Shown here in pieces: positions 37,433-46,769 of a stretch of 64,000 nucleotides of DNA. This DNA comes from Candidatus Gottesmanbacteria bacterium (GTDB lineage Bacteria; Patescibacteriota; Microgenomatia; UBA10105; UBA927). How positions within the stretch are numbered: position 1 is the stretch's first letter; each line of letters starts with the position of its first letter. Under the pieces are notes generated by a model. It searched no databases. It saw only the letters and a list, made by a program, of their open reading frames with translations, and was not told the origin of the DNA. Location: NCBI GenBank assembly GCA_043798445.1, contig JAZDOQ010000027.1:1265-65264 (forward strand), in the 5' to 3' direction. The position numbers were made by a program, and so were the translations under genes.

Positions 37433-38089
37433 ATGAAAAATAAACCACTAATTATCATTATCAGTCTCATTATTCTGCTTTGGATAAGTATTGGATATTG
37501 GTATTTCTATGGGTCTAAGACTTCCATATTGGGAGCAATAAGCGAATCCATCGCAATTGAGACGCTTCAAAATAAATTCCCCGAACTTAGAGAATATCCG
37601 AATGATAATCTTCCTCCAAAATCCATTAAGACAGAAAAAACAAGCGGCGGCTGGTATGTGGCTTTCATACAGGAAGGATCGGGCGTGCCGATTATTGACG
37701 CCCGATGTTTTTTAGTAAAAAATGATAAAAGCTTCACACAGAATAAATATATCCCGCAAGATAATGCTCTTATTGGCGAATTTTCTGCAAGAGAATGTAA
37801 GATAGTCGAAAATACAATCGGGGAAAATACTGGAGGTTCAAACTGTGCGCTGGAGACATGTCACGGTTTGGATATAAAATGCGGAGTAAATCCACCCGGT
37901 GCGTGCACTGCTATGTATGCAGTAGGCGATAGATGCTTACAGTATGCAACGTGTGGCATCCAAAACGGAACGTGCCAACAGATACAAAATTCTCAATTCA
38001 CGGAGTGTAAATTGTGCATCCAAAAATGCATAGATGCTAACAGAAACGATACTATAAAGTTGTTTGAGTGCGAGGGAAATTGTAATTAA
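37433..38089 (+). CDS. Membrane-anchored protein with Cys-rich C-terminus, probable cassette cargo
   Basis: N-terminal TM, clustered Cys; start moved to ATG 37433. Confidence 0.75.
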   Translation: MKNKPLIIIISLIILLWISIGYWYFYGSKTSILGAISESIAIETLQNKFPELREYPNDNLPPKSIKTEKTSGGWYVAFIQEGSGVPIIDARCFLVKNDKSFTQNKYIPQDNALIGEFSARECKIVENTIGENTGGSNCALETCHGLDIKCGVNPPGACTAMYAVGDRCLQYATCGIQNGTCQQIQNSQFTECKLCIQKCIDANRNDTIKLFECEGNCN

Positions 38090-38123
38090 AATCAATTTGC
38101 TGCTAAAAAACCCGTGTCCATTA

Positions 38124-38912
38124 ATGAAGAAAAAAACAATATTACTCACTGGTGATGATGGATTTGATTCTTTGGGAACACGGCTCCTTATTCATTTATT
38201 GAAAAATACATACACGCTTGTTATTGCAGGTACAAAGACACAGCAAAGCGGTGTTGGCGGGCATAAATCAATCATGGGAAAAGGCGAATGGGGAGAAGAA
38301 ATGGTTGATGGGGTACCAGCGCTTTGGGTGAATGGAACTCCTGTTGATGCGGTTGAAGCAGCGCGATCATGGTATCCACAAGCATTTGATTATATTATTT
38401 CTGGAATGAATTGGGGAATTAATGTTGCAGGCAGTTTATGCAGCTCTGGTACGTTCTCAGCTGCATTTTTTGCAATGAATCTTGGACTTGCCCCTCGAGC
38501 AATTGCCATCAGTTGGGATATTTCTGCAGGACACCATTTTACTCGGCACACAATAGAAGATGGAATTGAAGCATTTATAAATCACCCCGGAAGATCTGCA
38601 AAGGTTGCGTTAACAGAAGCATTTCGCACAAACTGCTGGGGTGCAGCAATTGTAAATATTAATATTCCGGCAAAAGAGACGAAGGTTTTTGAGTTCGCAA
38701 GACCGCTTGAAGTCATGCAGGGATTATGGCCACCTATTGAATTAAATAAAAATACGGGTATGTTTTCTTACAAATCAGGAGACCATGTATTAACAATGGG
38801 TAGCAATGATACTGATGTCCAGGTGGTACGGAGGGGTCATATTGCAATCACTCCCTGTCAAGCCACTATGATAGATAGTGTGGTATATAGAAAAATGACA
38901 GGGAAGAAATGA
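38124..38912 (+). CDS. surE: 5'/3'-nucleotidase SurE (divergent)
   Basis: ILLTGDDG, QSGVG, GTPVD, SGMNWG-N, SGT. Confidence 0.85.
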   Translation: MKKKTILLTGDDGFDSLGTRLLIHLLKNTYTLVIAGTKTQQSGVGGHKSIMGKGEWGEEMVDGVPALWVNGTPVDAVEAARSWYPQAFDYIISGMNWGINVAGSLCSSGTFSAAFFAMNLGLAPRAIAISWDISAGHHFTRHTIEDGIEAFINHPGRSAKVALTEAFRTNCWGAAIVNINIPAKETKVFEFARPLEVMQGLWPPIELNKNTGMFSYKSGDHVLTMGSNDTDVQVVRRGHIAITPCQATMIDSVVYRKMTGKK

Positions 38913-38916
38913 TAAT

Positions 38917-39552
38917 TTATTTTTTCAATTTGTGTTTGATTGCTTCAATCACCATCGGGACAACAGAAATAAGAATGATAGCAATAATAACAAGGGAGAA
39001 ATTTTCTTTTATAGACGGAATATTGCCAAACAAATACCCCGCGAGGGTAAATAGTACTACCCAGAGAATCCCGCCGATAATATTGAATGAGATAAATTTT
39101 TCGTAGTGCATTTTACCTACTCCGGCAACAAAAGGAGCAAACGTGCGGACAATCGGAACAAAACGAGCAAGAATAATTGTTTTTCCTCCATATTTATCGA
39201 AGAATGCTTTGGTTTTATCGATATGTTCTTTGTTAATTGGAATTTTTGGATTTGCAATCATTTGTTCTCCAAAAAAATGTCCTATCCAGTAATTACATGT
39301 ATCGCCAAAAATAGCAGCACCAATAAGAAGCGGAACAATAATCCAGATATTGAGAGATCCTAGTGCTGCGAGTGCTCCAGCTGCAAATAAAAGTGAATCT
39401 CCTGGAAGAAATGGAGTAAGGACAAGCCCGGTTTCAATAAAAACAATCCCAAATAATATGGCGTATGTTACTGTTCCATAGGTTAATACAAGCTGTGCAA
39501 GGTGCGTATCAATATGAAGAATAAAATTGACGAGATTCATGATGACATCCAT
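38917..39552 (-). CDS. dedA: DedA family membrane protein
   Basis: [31 protein letters not shown]. Confidence 0.92.
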   Translation of the reverse strand: MDVIMNLVNFILHIDTHLAQLVLTYGTVTYAILFGIVFIETGLVLTPFLPGDSLLFAAGALAALGSLNIWIIVPLLIGAAIFGDTCNYWIGHFFGEQMIANPKIPINKEHIDKTKAFFDKYGGKTIILARFVPIVRTFAPFVAGVGKMHYEKFISFNIIGGILWVVLFTLAGYLFGNIPSIKENFSLVIIAIILISVVPMVIEAIKHKLKK

Positions 39553-39582
39553 AGAGTCTGATTATACGAAAAAAAGAATAAT

Positions 39583-40845
39583 GTGTATACTCACATCATG
39601 GATGATTTTGACGTATGTGTTATAGGAGGCGGGCCAGCGGGCATGATGGCAGCGTTGTCTGCAAAAAAACATCATCCGGAAAAATCCATTGTTCTTCTTG
39701 ACCGGACATTTGAACTTGGGAGAAAACTCCTTGTTGCGGGAGCAGGCAGAGGGAATCTTACAAACATAAACCTTCAAAAAGATCCATCTTTATTTGTGCA
39801 TGGGCCAAAGGAACTAATAAGCGCAACATTTTCTCAATTTGGGTATCAGGATATTGTCGATTTTTTTAATTCTTTAGGAGTCCCGTTGTATGAAGAACAA
39901 AAAACCGGAAAGGGAAAGATGTTTCCGGTTATTGACCACGCAAAGACGGTTCGAGATATATTAGTGGATGAAATAAACAGACAACGGATAACTGTGTTAA
40001 CAAATGCAGAGGTGCTTAGTGTAAAACAAAAAAAAGAACAGTGGCGTATTCAAACAACACACGGTTTCATGATAATCTCAGACACAATTCTTTCTTGTGG
40101 CGGGATTACATACCCGTCACTCGGGTCAAATGGATCAGGGTATGGGTTTGCGAAAAATATTGGACATACAATTATTGAGCCTGTGCCAAGCGCGGTTCCA
40201 CTAGTGTCAAAGAATGTATTATCACACCTCCTTCAGGGGGAAAAATTACAGATGCAGGTTACCACTATTGATGAAAACTCTTCTTCTCGTGTTGTGATTG
40301 GTGATGTTCTGTTTACTCAATATGGCGTATCAGGTTCCGCAATACTTGATGTTAGCCGTGATATTTCCATATTGCTTCATCGTGATCACAAAAATGAAGT
40401 CAGTCTTCACTTATCTTTTTTCCCCGGAAAAACAATTGATGAAATAAGCGCACTATTAGAAGAACGATGGAAAAATCATAATGATCAGTTAGTTTCGAGA
40501 AATTTGTGGGGACTCGTAACGACAAAGGTCTCTGGCGCAGTCTGTGCCGCATCAGGTATTGCTAAAGAGCAAACCGTTGGAAAGATGAAGAACGAAGAAA
40601 AACAACGTTTGGTAAAAACGCTTTCTTCATATAAACTCATTGTGACAGATACGCGAGGGTGGAATGAAGCTGAATTTACTGCGGGTGGTGTTGCTGCAGA
40701 TGAGGTTGATATACACTCCCTTGCATCAAAAAAAGCTCCACATCTCTATATCGTTGGAGAGCTCTTAGATGTTGATGGTGATATTGGTGGATATAATCTT
40801 TCGTGGGCGTGGGCGTCAGGATGGGTTGCCGGAAAATTACAATGA
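39583..40845 (+). CDS. HI0933/YhiN (BaiN) family flavoprotein
   Basis: GGGPAG, GRKLL-AG-GR-N-TN, T-GGV, GE-LDVDG-GGYNL. Confidence 0.9.
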   Translation: MYTHIMDDFDVCVIGGGPAGMMAALSAKKHHPEKSIVLLDRTFELGRKLLVAGAGRGNLTNINLQKDPSLFVHGPKELISATFSQFGYQDIVDFFNSLGVPLYEEQKTGKGKMFPVIDHAKTVRDILVDEINRQRITVLTNAEVLSVKQKKEQWRIQTTHGFMIISDTILSCGGITYPSLGSNGSGYGFAKNIGHTIIEPVPSAVPLVSKNVLSHLLQGEKLQMQVTTIDENSSSRVVIGDVLFTQYGVSGSAILDVSRDISILLHRDHKNEVSLHLSFFPGKTIDEISALLEERWKNHNDQLVSRNLWGLVTTKVSGAVCAASGIAKEQTVGKMKNEEKQRLVKTLSSYKLIVTDTRGWNEAEFTAGGVAADEVDIHSLASKKAPHLYIVGELLDVDGDIGGYNLSWAWASGWVAGKLQ

Positions 40846-40864
40846 GAAACATTACAATACGTAT

Positions 40865-41335
40865 ATGATTACCTGTATATTTGAGGATGGAAATAAAGCA
40901 ACACTCCGACACGTTGTTGTTCATATGATCGTTGAAAAAGACGGATGTTTATTATTGGAAAAGCGGGATGGACCGATTTTAGAGACTGGGAAATGGTGTT
41001 TGCCAGCTGGGTTTTTAGAACGGGATGAAACAGCAGCCCAGTGTGCCATACGGGAATTGAAGGAAGAAACAGGATGGAACGGGGAAGTGCTGAAACTGTT
41101 TAAAATTAACACAAATCCTAATCGGCCAAAAGAGGACAGACAGAATATTACTATTGAATTTTTAGTAAAACCAATTCAAAAAACAGGAGAAAAAGATTGG
41201 GAATCGTCAAAGGTGGAATGGATACCTGTTGAGAAATTATTACCTTTTGAGGATTTTGCATTTGATCATGGAGAAACAATCAAACAATATTTGGAATATA
41301 AAAAAAGTCCTTTTCCGCTGCCAATTCTTGTATAA
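40865..41335 (+). CDS. NUDIX hydrolase
   Basis: G-LE--E----CA-RELKEETG. Confidence 0.9.
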   Translation: MITCIFEDGNKATLRHVVVHMIVEKDGCLLLEKRDGPILETGKWCLPAGFLERDETAAQCAIRELKEETGWNGEVLKLFKINTNPNRPKEDRQNITIEFLVKPIQKTGEKDWESSKVEWIPVEKLLPFEDFAFDHGETIKQYLEYKKSPFPLPILV

Positions 41336-41410
41336 CTGTTGTTATTTTCCATTTTTATGGTATTCTTGAGCCACGAGTTGTGTATACATATATTTTGAGG
41401 AGTGTCACGT

Positions 41411-43189
41411 ATGGGCAATGCAGACGAAGTCAAATCAAGACTCAATATTATTGATGTTATCAGTGAAAAAGTCCAGTTAAAAAAATCCGGCAGAAATTTC
41501 AAAGGGTTATGTCCATTTCATAACGAAAAAACACCATCCTTTATGGTGTCTCCTGATAGGCAAGTTTTTCATTGCTTTGGGTGCGGCAAAGGGGGATCGG
41601 TTATTGATTTTGTGATGGAATACAACCACGTTGATTTTCCTGAAGCGCTCGAAGAGTTGGCATCACGTGCAGGAGTTACCTTATCTCTTGTAAAAAGCGA
41701 ATCTCCAGAACGAAAACTAAAAAATGCAATATATGAAATCAACGCTCTCGCAAGTGAATTCTATCAGTATTTACTTATAAAACATCCACTTGGGGAGAAA
41801 GCACTTCTGTATTTAAAAAACCGTGGAATTACTGATAAATCAATCAAAACATTTAGCCTTGGCTACAGTCCAAACAGTTGGGAGGCGCTATATCAATTTT
41901 TGAAAAAGAAAAAATATAGTGAGGAGCTCATCGAAAAAGCAGGACTTGCACTTCGAGGGAATCGCGGTCTCTATGATCGGTTTCGAGGTCGTCTTATATT
42001 TACGCTTCGCGATCACAGAGGTAAAGTTGTTGGATTTTCCGGACGTGTACTTAATCCGAGTATTAAGGAAGCAAAATATATCAACACATCAGAAACCCCA
42101 GTATACAGCAAAAGCAATGTGCTTTACGCATTTGATGTAACCCATGAGGCAATTGCACGGGCGAATGAAGCAATTCTCATGGAAGGAGAACTTGATGTGA
42201 TTTCATCCTTTCAAGCGGGTGTGTCGAATGTGGTTGCAATTAAAGGATCAGCGCTCACTGAAGGACATGTGCATCTTCTAAAGCGATATACGGAGCGCAT
42301 TATATTTTCTCTTGATAGTGACATAGCAGGAGATATGGCAGCCAGGCGAGGGATTGATATTGCAGAGCGGGCAGGGCTTGATATGAAAGTGGCAGTCCTT
42401 CCTGTTGGAAAAGATCCTGACGAAGCAGTTCGGGAAGATCCGATTGGGTTTAAAAAGGCCATGAAAAACGCAATACCTATTTATGATTATTTTATTGCCT
42501 CCGCAATTAAACGTTTTGATATAACAAGCGCATTCGGTAAGAAAAAAGCAAGTGAAGAACTTTTTCCGGTAATGTCAAAAATTGAAAATAGTATTGTGCA
42601 AGGGCACTATATAAAAAAGGTAGCACAAGCGCTTGATGTTTCAGAAGACGTGATTATTGATGGAGTAAAAAAAGTTAAACTGCCAATAGGATTATCCAGA
42701 AATCAATTGCCAGCTTCAAAACCACAGGAAAGTTTTGCCATATCAGGACCAGAGCGGTTGGAACTATATTGTTTGGGATTAGTACTTCAAGGAGATACAA
42801 AAAAATTATATGAAGAATTTTCAGCGGTTATTACGTCGGGCGACATAAAACACATGGGAGTCCGGCGTATTGTTGAAGCAATATCTTTATATATTCATGG
42901 AGAAACACCATTTGTGGTTGCTGATTTTGCAAAAATACTCTCGAAAGAATTATTGCCTGTTTTGGACGAAGCGTACCTTTGGGATATATCAGTCAGTACA
43001 GAAAATAGCGACTTGTTTGCTAAAGAATGGTTAAGAACTTTGAAAGAAGTACAAAAAAGTATTTTGAAACGTAAGATGCGTGAAGTATCAGATAAAATAC
43101 GATCAACAGATGAGAAAGAGGAGGGGCAAACACAAGAAAAGCTTGCAAAACTAGCTTCAGAGTACGCGCTTCTGGAAAAAACCAGCTGA
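41411..43189 (+). CDS. dnaG: DNA primase
   Basis: CPFH zinc finger, DRFRGR, KYIN, EG--DV, DSD-AG, KDPD. Confidence 0.97.
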   Translation: MGNADEVKSRLNIIDVISEKVQLKKSGRNFKGLCPFHNEKTPSFMVSPDRQVFHCFGCGKGGSVIDFVMEYNHVDFPEALEELASRAGVTLSLVKSESPERKLKNAIYEINALASEFYQYLLIKHPLGEKALLYLKNRGITDKSIKTFSLGYSPNSWEALYQFLKKKKYSEELIEKAGLALRGNRGLYDRFRGRLIFTLRDHRGKVVGFSGRVLNPSIKEAKYINTSETPVYSKSNVLYAFDVTHEAIARANEAILMEGELDVISSFQAGVSNVVAIKGSALTEGHVHLLKRYTERIIFSLDSDIAGDMAARRGIDIAERAGLDMKVAVLPVGKDPDEAVREDPIGFKKAMKNAIPIYDYFIASAIKRFDITSAFGKKKASEELFPVMSKIENSIVQGHYIKKVAQALDVSEDVIIDGVKKVKLPIGLSRNQLPASKPQESFAISGPERLELYCLGLVLQGDTKKLYEEFSAVITSGDIKHMGVRRIVEAISLYIHGETPFVVADFAKILSKELLPVLDEAYLWDISVSTENSDLFAKEWLRTLKEVQKSILKRKMREVSDKIRSTDEKEEGQTQEKLAKLASEYALLEKTS

Positions 43190-43269
43190 TCCTGGTATAA
43201 TTCTTTCTGCTCAAGCGAAGTTCATTGTTTGTTGATGAAGTGGTAACAAACGGGGACTCACGGTATATT

Positions 43270-44358
43270 ATGACAAAAGTAAAAACTATTACTAGTGCTG
43301 AAGAACTTCTAAAAGAAGGAAAAGAAAACGGTTTCATTTCCCAGGAAGATATCCTCTTTTTATATCCAAAACCAGAAGATCATATCGTTGACATCGATCG
43401 CCTTTACGATAAATTGATAAGAGCTGGGATTGACGTGTTTGAAACGACATCAGCAGATGTTGAAAAAGAAGCGGGGAAAAGTATTGAAGAACTGGAAAAA
43501 GAAATTGAATCCCTTGTCACCTCAAGCGCTGAGCCGGTATCAGATCCGGTCCGCATGTATTTAAAAGAAATCGGTCGCATTCCACTTCTGAAGTTTGAAG
43601 ATGAAATCTATTTAGCTAAACGCTATGAAAAAGGAGACAAAAAAGCAAAGAAAAAACTTACTGAATCCAATCTTCGTCTTGTTGTATCTATTGCTAAAAA
43701 ATACATAGGTCGAGGCATGAGCTTGCTTGACCTCATCCAAGAAGGAAATCAGGGACTCATCAGGGCTGTTGAAAAATATGATTGGCGCAAAGGATATAAA
43801 TTTTCTACGTATGCAACATGGTGGATACGGCAAGCCATTACCCGTGCTATTGCCGATCAAGCCCGTACGATCCGCATTCCTGTTCATATGGTGGAAACGA
43901 TTAATCGGTTTGCGCGAATTTCCCGTCGCCTCATGCAGGACCTTGGTCGTGAGCCATTCCCTGAAGAAATTGCAAAAGCCATGGAAGTGGATGTGACAAA
44001 GGTACGAGAAATAATGAAAGTGTCGCAAGAGCCAACCAGTCTTGAAACACCAGTGGGAGATGAAGAAGATAGTCATCTCGGAGATTTCATTTCTGATCCG
44101 GGACCAACACCGTATGATCAGACATCAAAACAATTATTAAAAGAACATATGGAAGAAGTGTTAACAACACTTTCTGACCGTGAGAAAAAAGTATTAATTT
44201 TGCGGTTTGGTCTTGAAGATGGGAAACCGCGGACATTAGAGGAGGTTGGAGCAATGTTTGGCGTTACCCGAGAACGTATCAGACAAATTGAGGCAAAAGC
44301 GTTGAGAAAGCTTCGTCATCCTTCACGGAGCAAAAAGCTCAAGGATTACCTAGAATAA
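43270..44358 (+). CDS. rpoD: Primary sigma-70 factor
   Basis: [43 protein letters not shown]. Confidence 0.97.
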   Translation: MTKVKTITSAEELLKEGKENGFISQEDILFLYPKPEDHIVDIDRLYDKLIRAGIDVFETTSADVEKEAGKSIEELEKEIESLVTSSAEPVSDPVRMYLKEIGRIPLLKFEDEIYLAKRYEKGDKKAKKKLTESNLRLVVSIAKKYIGRGMSLLDLIQEGNQGLIRAVEKYDWRKGYKFSTYATWWIRQAITRAIADQARTIRIPVHMVETINRFARISRRLMQDLGREPFPEEIAKAMEVDVTKVREIMKVSQEPTSLETPVGDEEDSHLGDFISDPGPTPYDQTSKQLLKEHMEEVLTTLSDREKKVLILRFGLEDGKPRTLEEVGAMFGVTRERIRQIEAKALRKLRHPSRSKKLKDYLE

Positions 44359-44388
44359 CAGCCGTACTGTCATACAGTATATTTTCCT

Positions 44389-45546
44389 ATGATAGATCAC
44401 TACCAACCATATTTATTTCCATTTTTGGGTTCCCGCGCATCGTATCCCAATCCATTGGTAAAACGATATTATTATTGGTCATGGGAAGATGGGTTGTGGG
44501 ATTTATTGCGAGGGAAACATGTTGAAAAGGGGAGCACAATTTTAATCCCAGATTTCTATTGTTCAGATGTTATCAACAACATTCGTACGCATGGATATAC
44601 CGTTGTTTTGTACCGATTAGATCAACACTTTCAAGTAAAAAAACAAACATTGCTTAATAGCATTAGGAGGCACAATCCATCCGTTGTTATTGTATTTCAT
44701 GTGTGTGGTGTTAAAAGTACGGTTATGACAAAGCCAACATGGATGAAAAAAAGCGCAAAGGAAACGATTATTGTTGAAGATTCCGTTCATCAGCTTTTGA
44801 CACCCTCTCTGGTGAAACCATTATCAGATAATCATTTTATTATGGATAGTTTACGAAAAGTTAGCCCACTGTATGGGAGTTTCTTGTATGGAACAAAAAA
44901 AGGGTTACACTTTCATCAGACGAACAAAACATGGTCGTTCTACACCATGTATTCATTATTGTTGTATGGATTATTTCGTATCGTTTTGACCGCTGGGCAT
45001 GTGTTTAATCAACCGTCGCTTGCTGTATTTGCACACGAAAAATTACTAAAGTTTCATGACAATGTCATTGGAGATAGTATGCGTTCATATCGCGGATGTA
45101 CCTTATTTTCTTGGATGACACAATGGATTTATACAACACGAGTAGAACGAATAAAGCGAGAGCAAGTAAAAATGTATGAACATACGTTTAAATCTTTGTG
45201 GGGAAGAAGATCACCATTGTATAGGATACAAATGAAACGAAGTGATTATGGAAAACTTCACGTATACCCAGTTGGTCTTCGTCAAAAAACATCAGTTGAA
45301 CTTCTGTCTTATTTACGAAGTAAAAAAATTATTGTCTGGCCGAAATTTTCAGACAGTGTGTGGGCAAAGAAACGCGATGTGTTGTTTTTTCCGCTTGGGT
45401 TTCATATGAATAAACAAAAGATTAAAGTAATTGCAAAAGCGCTCGTGAGTTGGAAAACGGGAGCGTGGAAGCAGGAAAAAACAACAGTGAAAAATCCATC
45501 TCCTCATTTATTAGTTCGTGCAGCAGAAGTAATATTGTCGTTTTGA
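44389..45546 (+). CDS. DegT/PLP-dependent aminotransferase-fold protein, divergent
   Basis: ILIPDFYC, IIVEDSVH, DSLRK segments. Confidence 0.55.
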   Translation: MIDHYQPYLFPFLGSRASYPNPLVKRYYYWSWEDGLWDLLRGKHVEKGSTILIPDFYCSDVINNIRTHGYTVVLYRLDQHFQVKKQTLLNSIRRHNPSVVIVFHVCGVKSTVMTKPTWMKKSAKETIIVEDSVHQLLTPSLVKPLSDNHFIMDSLRKVSPLYGSFLYGTKKGLHFHQTNKTWSFYTMYSLLLYGLFRIVLTAGHVFNQPSLAVFAHEKLLKFHDNVIGDSMRSYRGCTLFSWMTQWIYTTRVERIKREQVKMYEHTFKSLWGRRSPLYRIQMKRSDYGKLHVYPVGLRQKTSVELLSYLRSKKIIVWPKFSDSVWAKKRDVLFFPLGFHMNKQKIKVIAKALVSWKTGAWKQEKTTVKNPSPHLLVRAAEVILSF

Positions 45547-45638
45547 CAGTTATATTTTTTTTGGATACAAATCTCTTTCAGTAAGACATTCATTCATAGA
45601 CATGCATTCTTTAGCTAATTTGAGTATGCGCCATGCTA

Positions 45639-46076
45639 TTATTTCCAACCAAATTCCGAGTAGAAAATATTTTTGCAAACACAGTGGATTGCATGGGAAA
45701 CATAGGGGACGACATCTCTTGGAAGTGCATCAAGGGGTGTCCAGACAAGTTGATTGCATTTTTCCGGTTCCATATTTTTCAGTGTTCCACTCCATGAATT
45801 GATCCGGAAGAAAAAATCTATACGAATATCATCACTTTTTCGATGCATGATATGGGAAAGAAGAAATTGAGAAGGAATTAGAGTTATTCCGACCTCTTCT
45901 CGCATTTCCCGAATAAGGGCTTGAGTAATTGTTTCTCCGTCTTCAACATGTCCTGCAGGAACACTTAATTTTCCGTCTGCATACCCTGTTTGGAATCTAC
46001 GGGAGAGCAAGATATTGTTTTTTTTGATAAAGAATGCATATGAGGAAGCGATCATTTTATATTGATGTTGCTTCAT
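45639..46076 (-). CDS. NUDIX hydrolase
   Basis: PAGHVEDGE---QA-IREMREEVG, NMEPEKC. Confidence 0.9.
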   Translation of the reverse strand: MKQHQYKMIASSYAFFIKKNNILLSRRFQTGYADGKLSVPAGHVEDGETITQALIREMREEVGITLIPSQFLLSHIMHRKSDDIRIDFFFRINSWSGTLKNMEPEKCNQLVWTPLDALPRDVVPYVSHAIHCVCKNIFYSEFGWK

Positions 46077-46149
46077 AGACAAAAAGAGTATAACAAATTA
46101 TATGGAGTTTGAGCTAGGTCAATGTTATAATACTCACGTTCATTAACAT

Positions 46150-46221
46150 TCCCCTGTAGCTCAATGGTAGAGCGGCTTCCTGTTAAGAAGAAGGTTCGAG
46201 GTTCGAATCCTCGCGGGGGAG
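46150..46221 (+). tRNA. tRNA-Asn(GTT)
   Basis: TCCCCTG/CGGGGGA, CTTC-CTGTTAA-GAAG, GGTTCGAATCC. Confidence 0.95.
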
Positions 46222-46246
46222 CACTTCGGCAAGCTCAGTGCAAGCC
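46222..46246 (+). repeat. REP-like hairpin left of the GIY-YIG gene
   Basis: CACTTCGGCAAGCTCAGTGCAAGCC; inverted copy 46521-46540 (18/20); third copy 46578-46601. Confidence 0.8.
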
Positions 46247-46268
46247 AAACACTATTATAATAGGAAGC

Positions 46269-46559
46269 ATGTGGTACGTTTATCTACTTCTTTGCGACCA
46301 GAAAACTTTTTACATTGGAATAACACCTGATATTAAATCAAGACTCATAGAGCACAGAAGTAAACAATCATTTTTCACAAAAAAGTTTTCTGATATTCAA
46401 TTGATGTACTGTGAAGAATATAAAGATAAGTTTGCAGCAGCAAAAAGGGAAAGACAGTTAAAAGGTTGGTCTGTCGCAAAGAAAAGATTATTAATCGAAG
46501 GAACCCTTGGAATTAATCGGTGCACTGAGCTTGTCGATGTCCTCAATCAGAGGATTTGA
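46269..46559 (+). CDS. Small GIY-YIG nuclease (UPF0213-like)
   Basis: WYVYLL, FYIGIT, R--EH, A-KRERQLKGWS; start moved to ATG 46269, outside the tRNA. Confidence 0.92.
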   Translation: MWYVYLLLCDQKTFYIGITPDIKSRLIEHRSKQSFFTKKFSDIQLMYCEEYKDKFAAAKRERQLKGWSVAKKRLLIEGTLGINRCTELVDVLNQRI

Positions 46560-46616
46560 TTTCGAATTTATCTTGAGCATTTCGGCGAGCTCAATGCGAG
46601 CTGAAATAGCCGAAAG

Positions 46617-46720
46617 ATCCTCGCGGGGGAGCAAAATAGAGTTTAGAACGTATAGACAAGCTAAAATACTAACACAACATCAGCATTTAAGCCTTCTAAT
46701 TTTAGAGTACACCGTTTTTG
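46617..46720 (+). repeat. Junction 1: 17-bp tRNA-Asn 3' duplication plus box B
   Basis: ATCCTCGCGGGGGAGCA identical to 46207-46223; CATCAGCATTTAAGCCTTCT at 46678-46697. Confidence 0.88.
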
Positions 46721-46769
46721 ACTTCTTAATAGTTGTATGGACCTCCTTGTATGATATTATAGGGGTATT

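Noticed and set aside
38090-38123. Closing box A' after the 37433-38089 gene
   Set aside because: No GTTATAAC or TCTCCGC match is visible, so the right end of this putative cassette is not called.
46164-46268. N-terminal extension of the GIY-YIG ORF
   Set aside because: It overlaps tRNA-Asn and the REP; the domain begins at ATG 46269.
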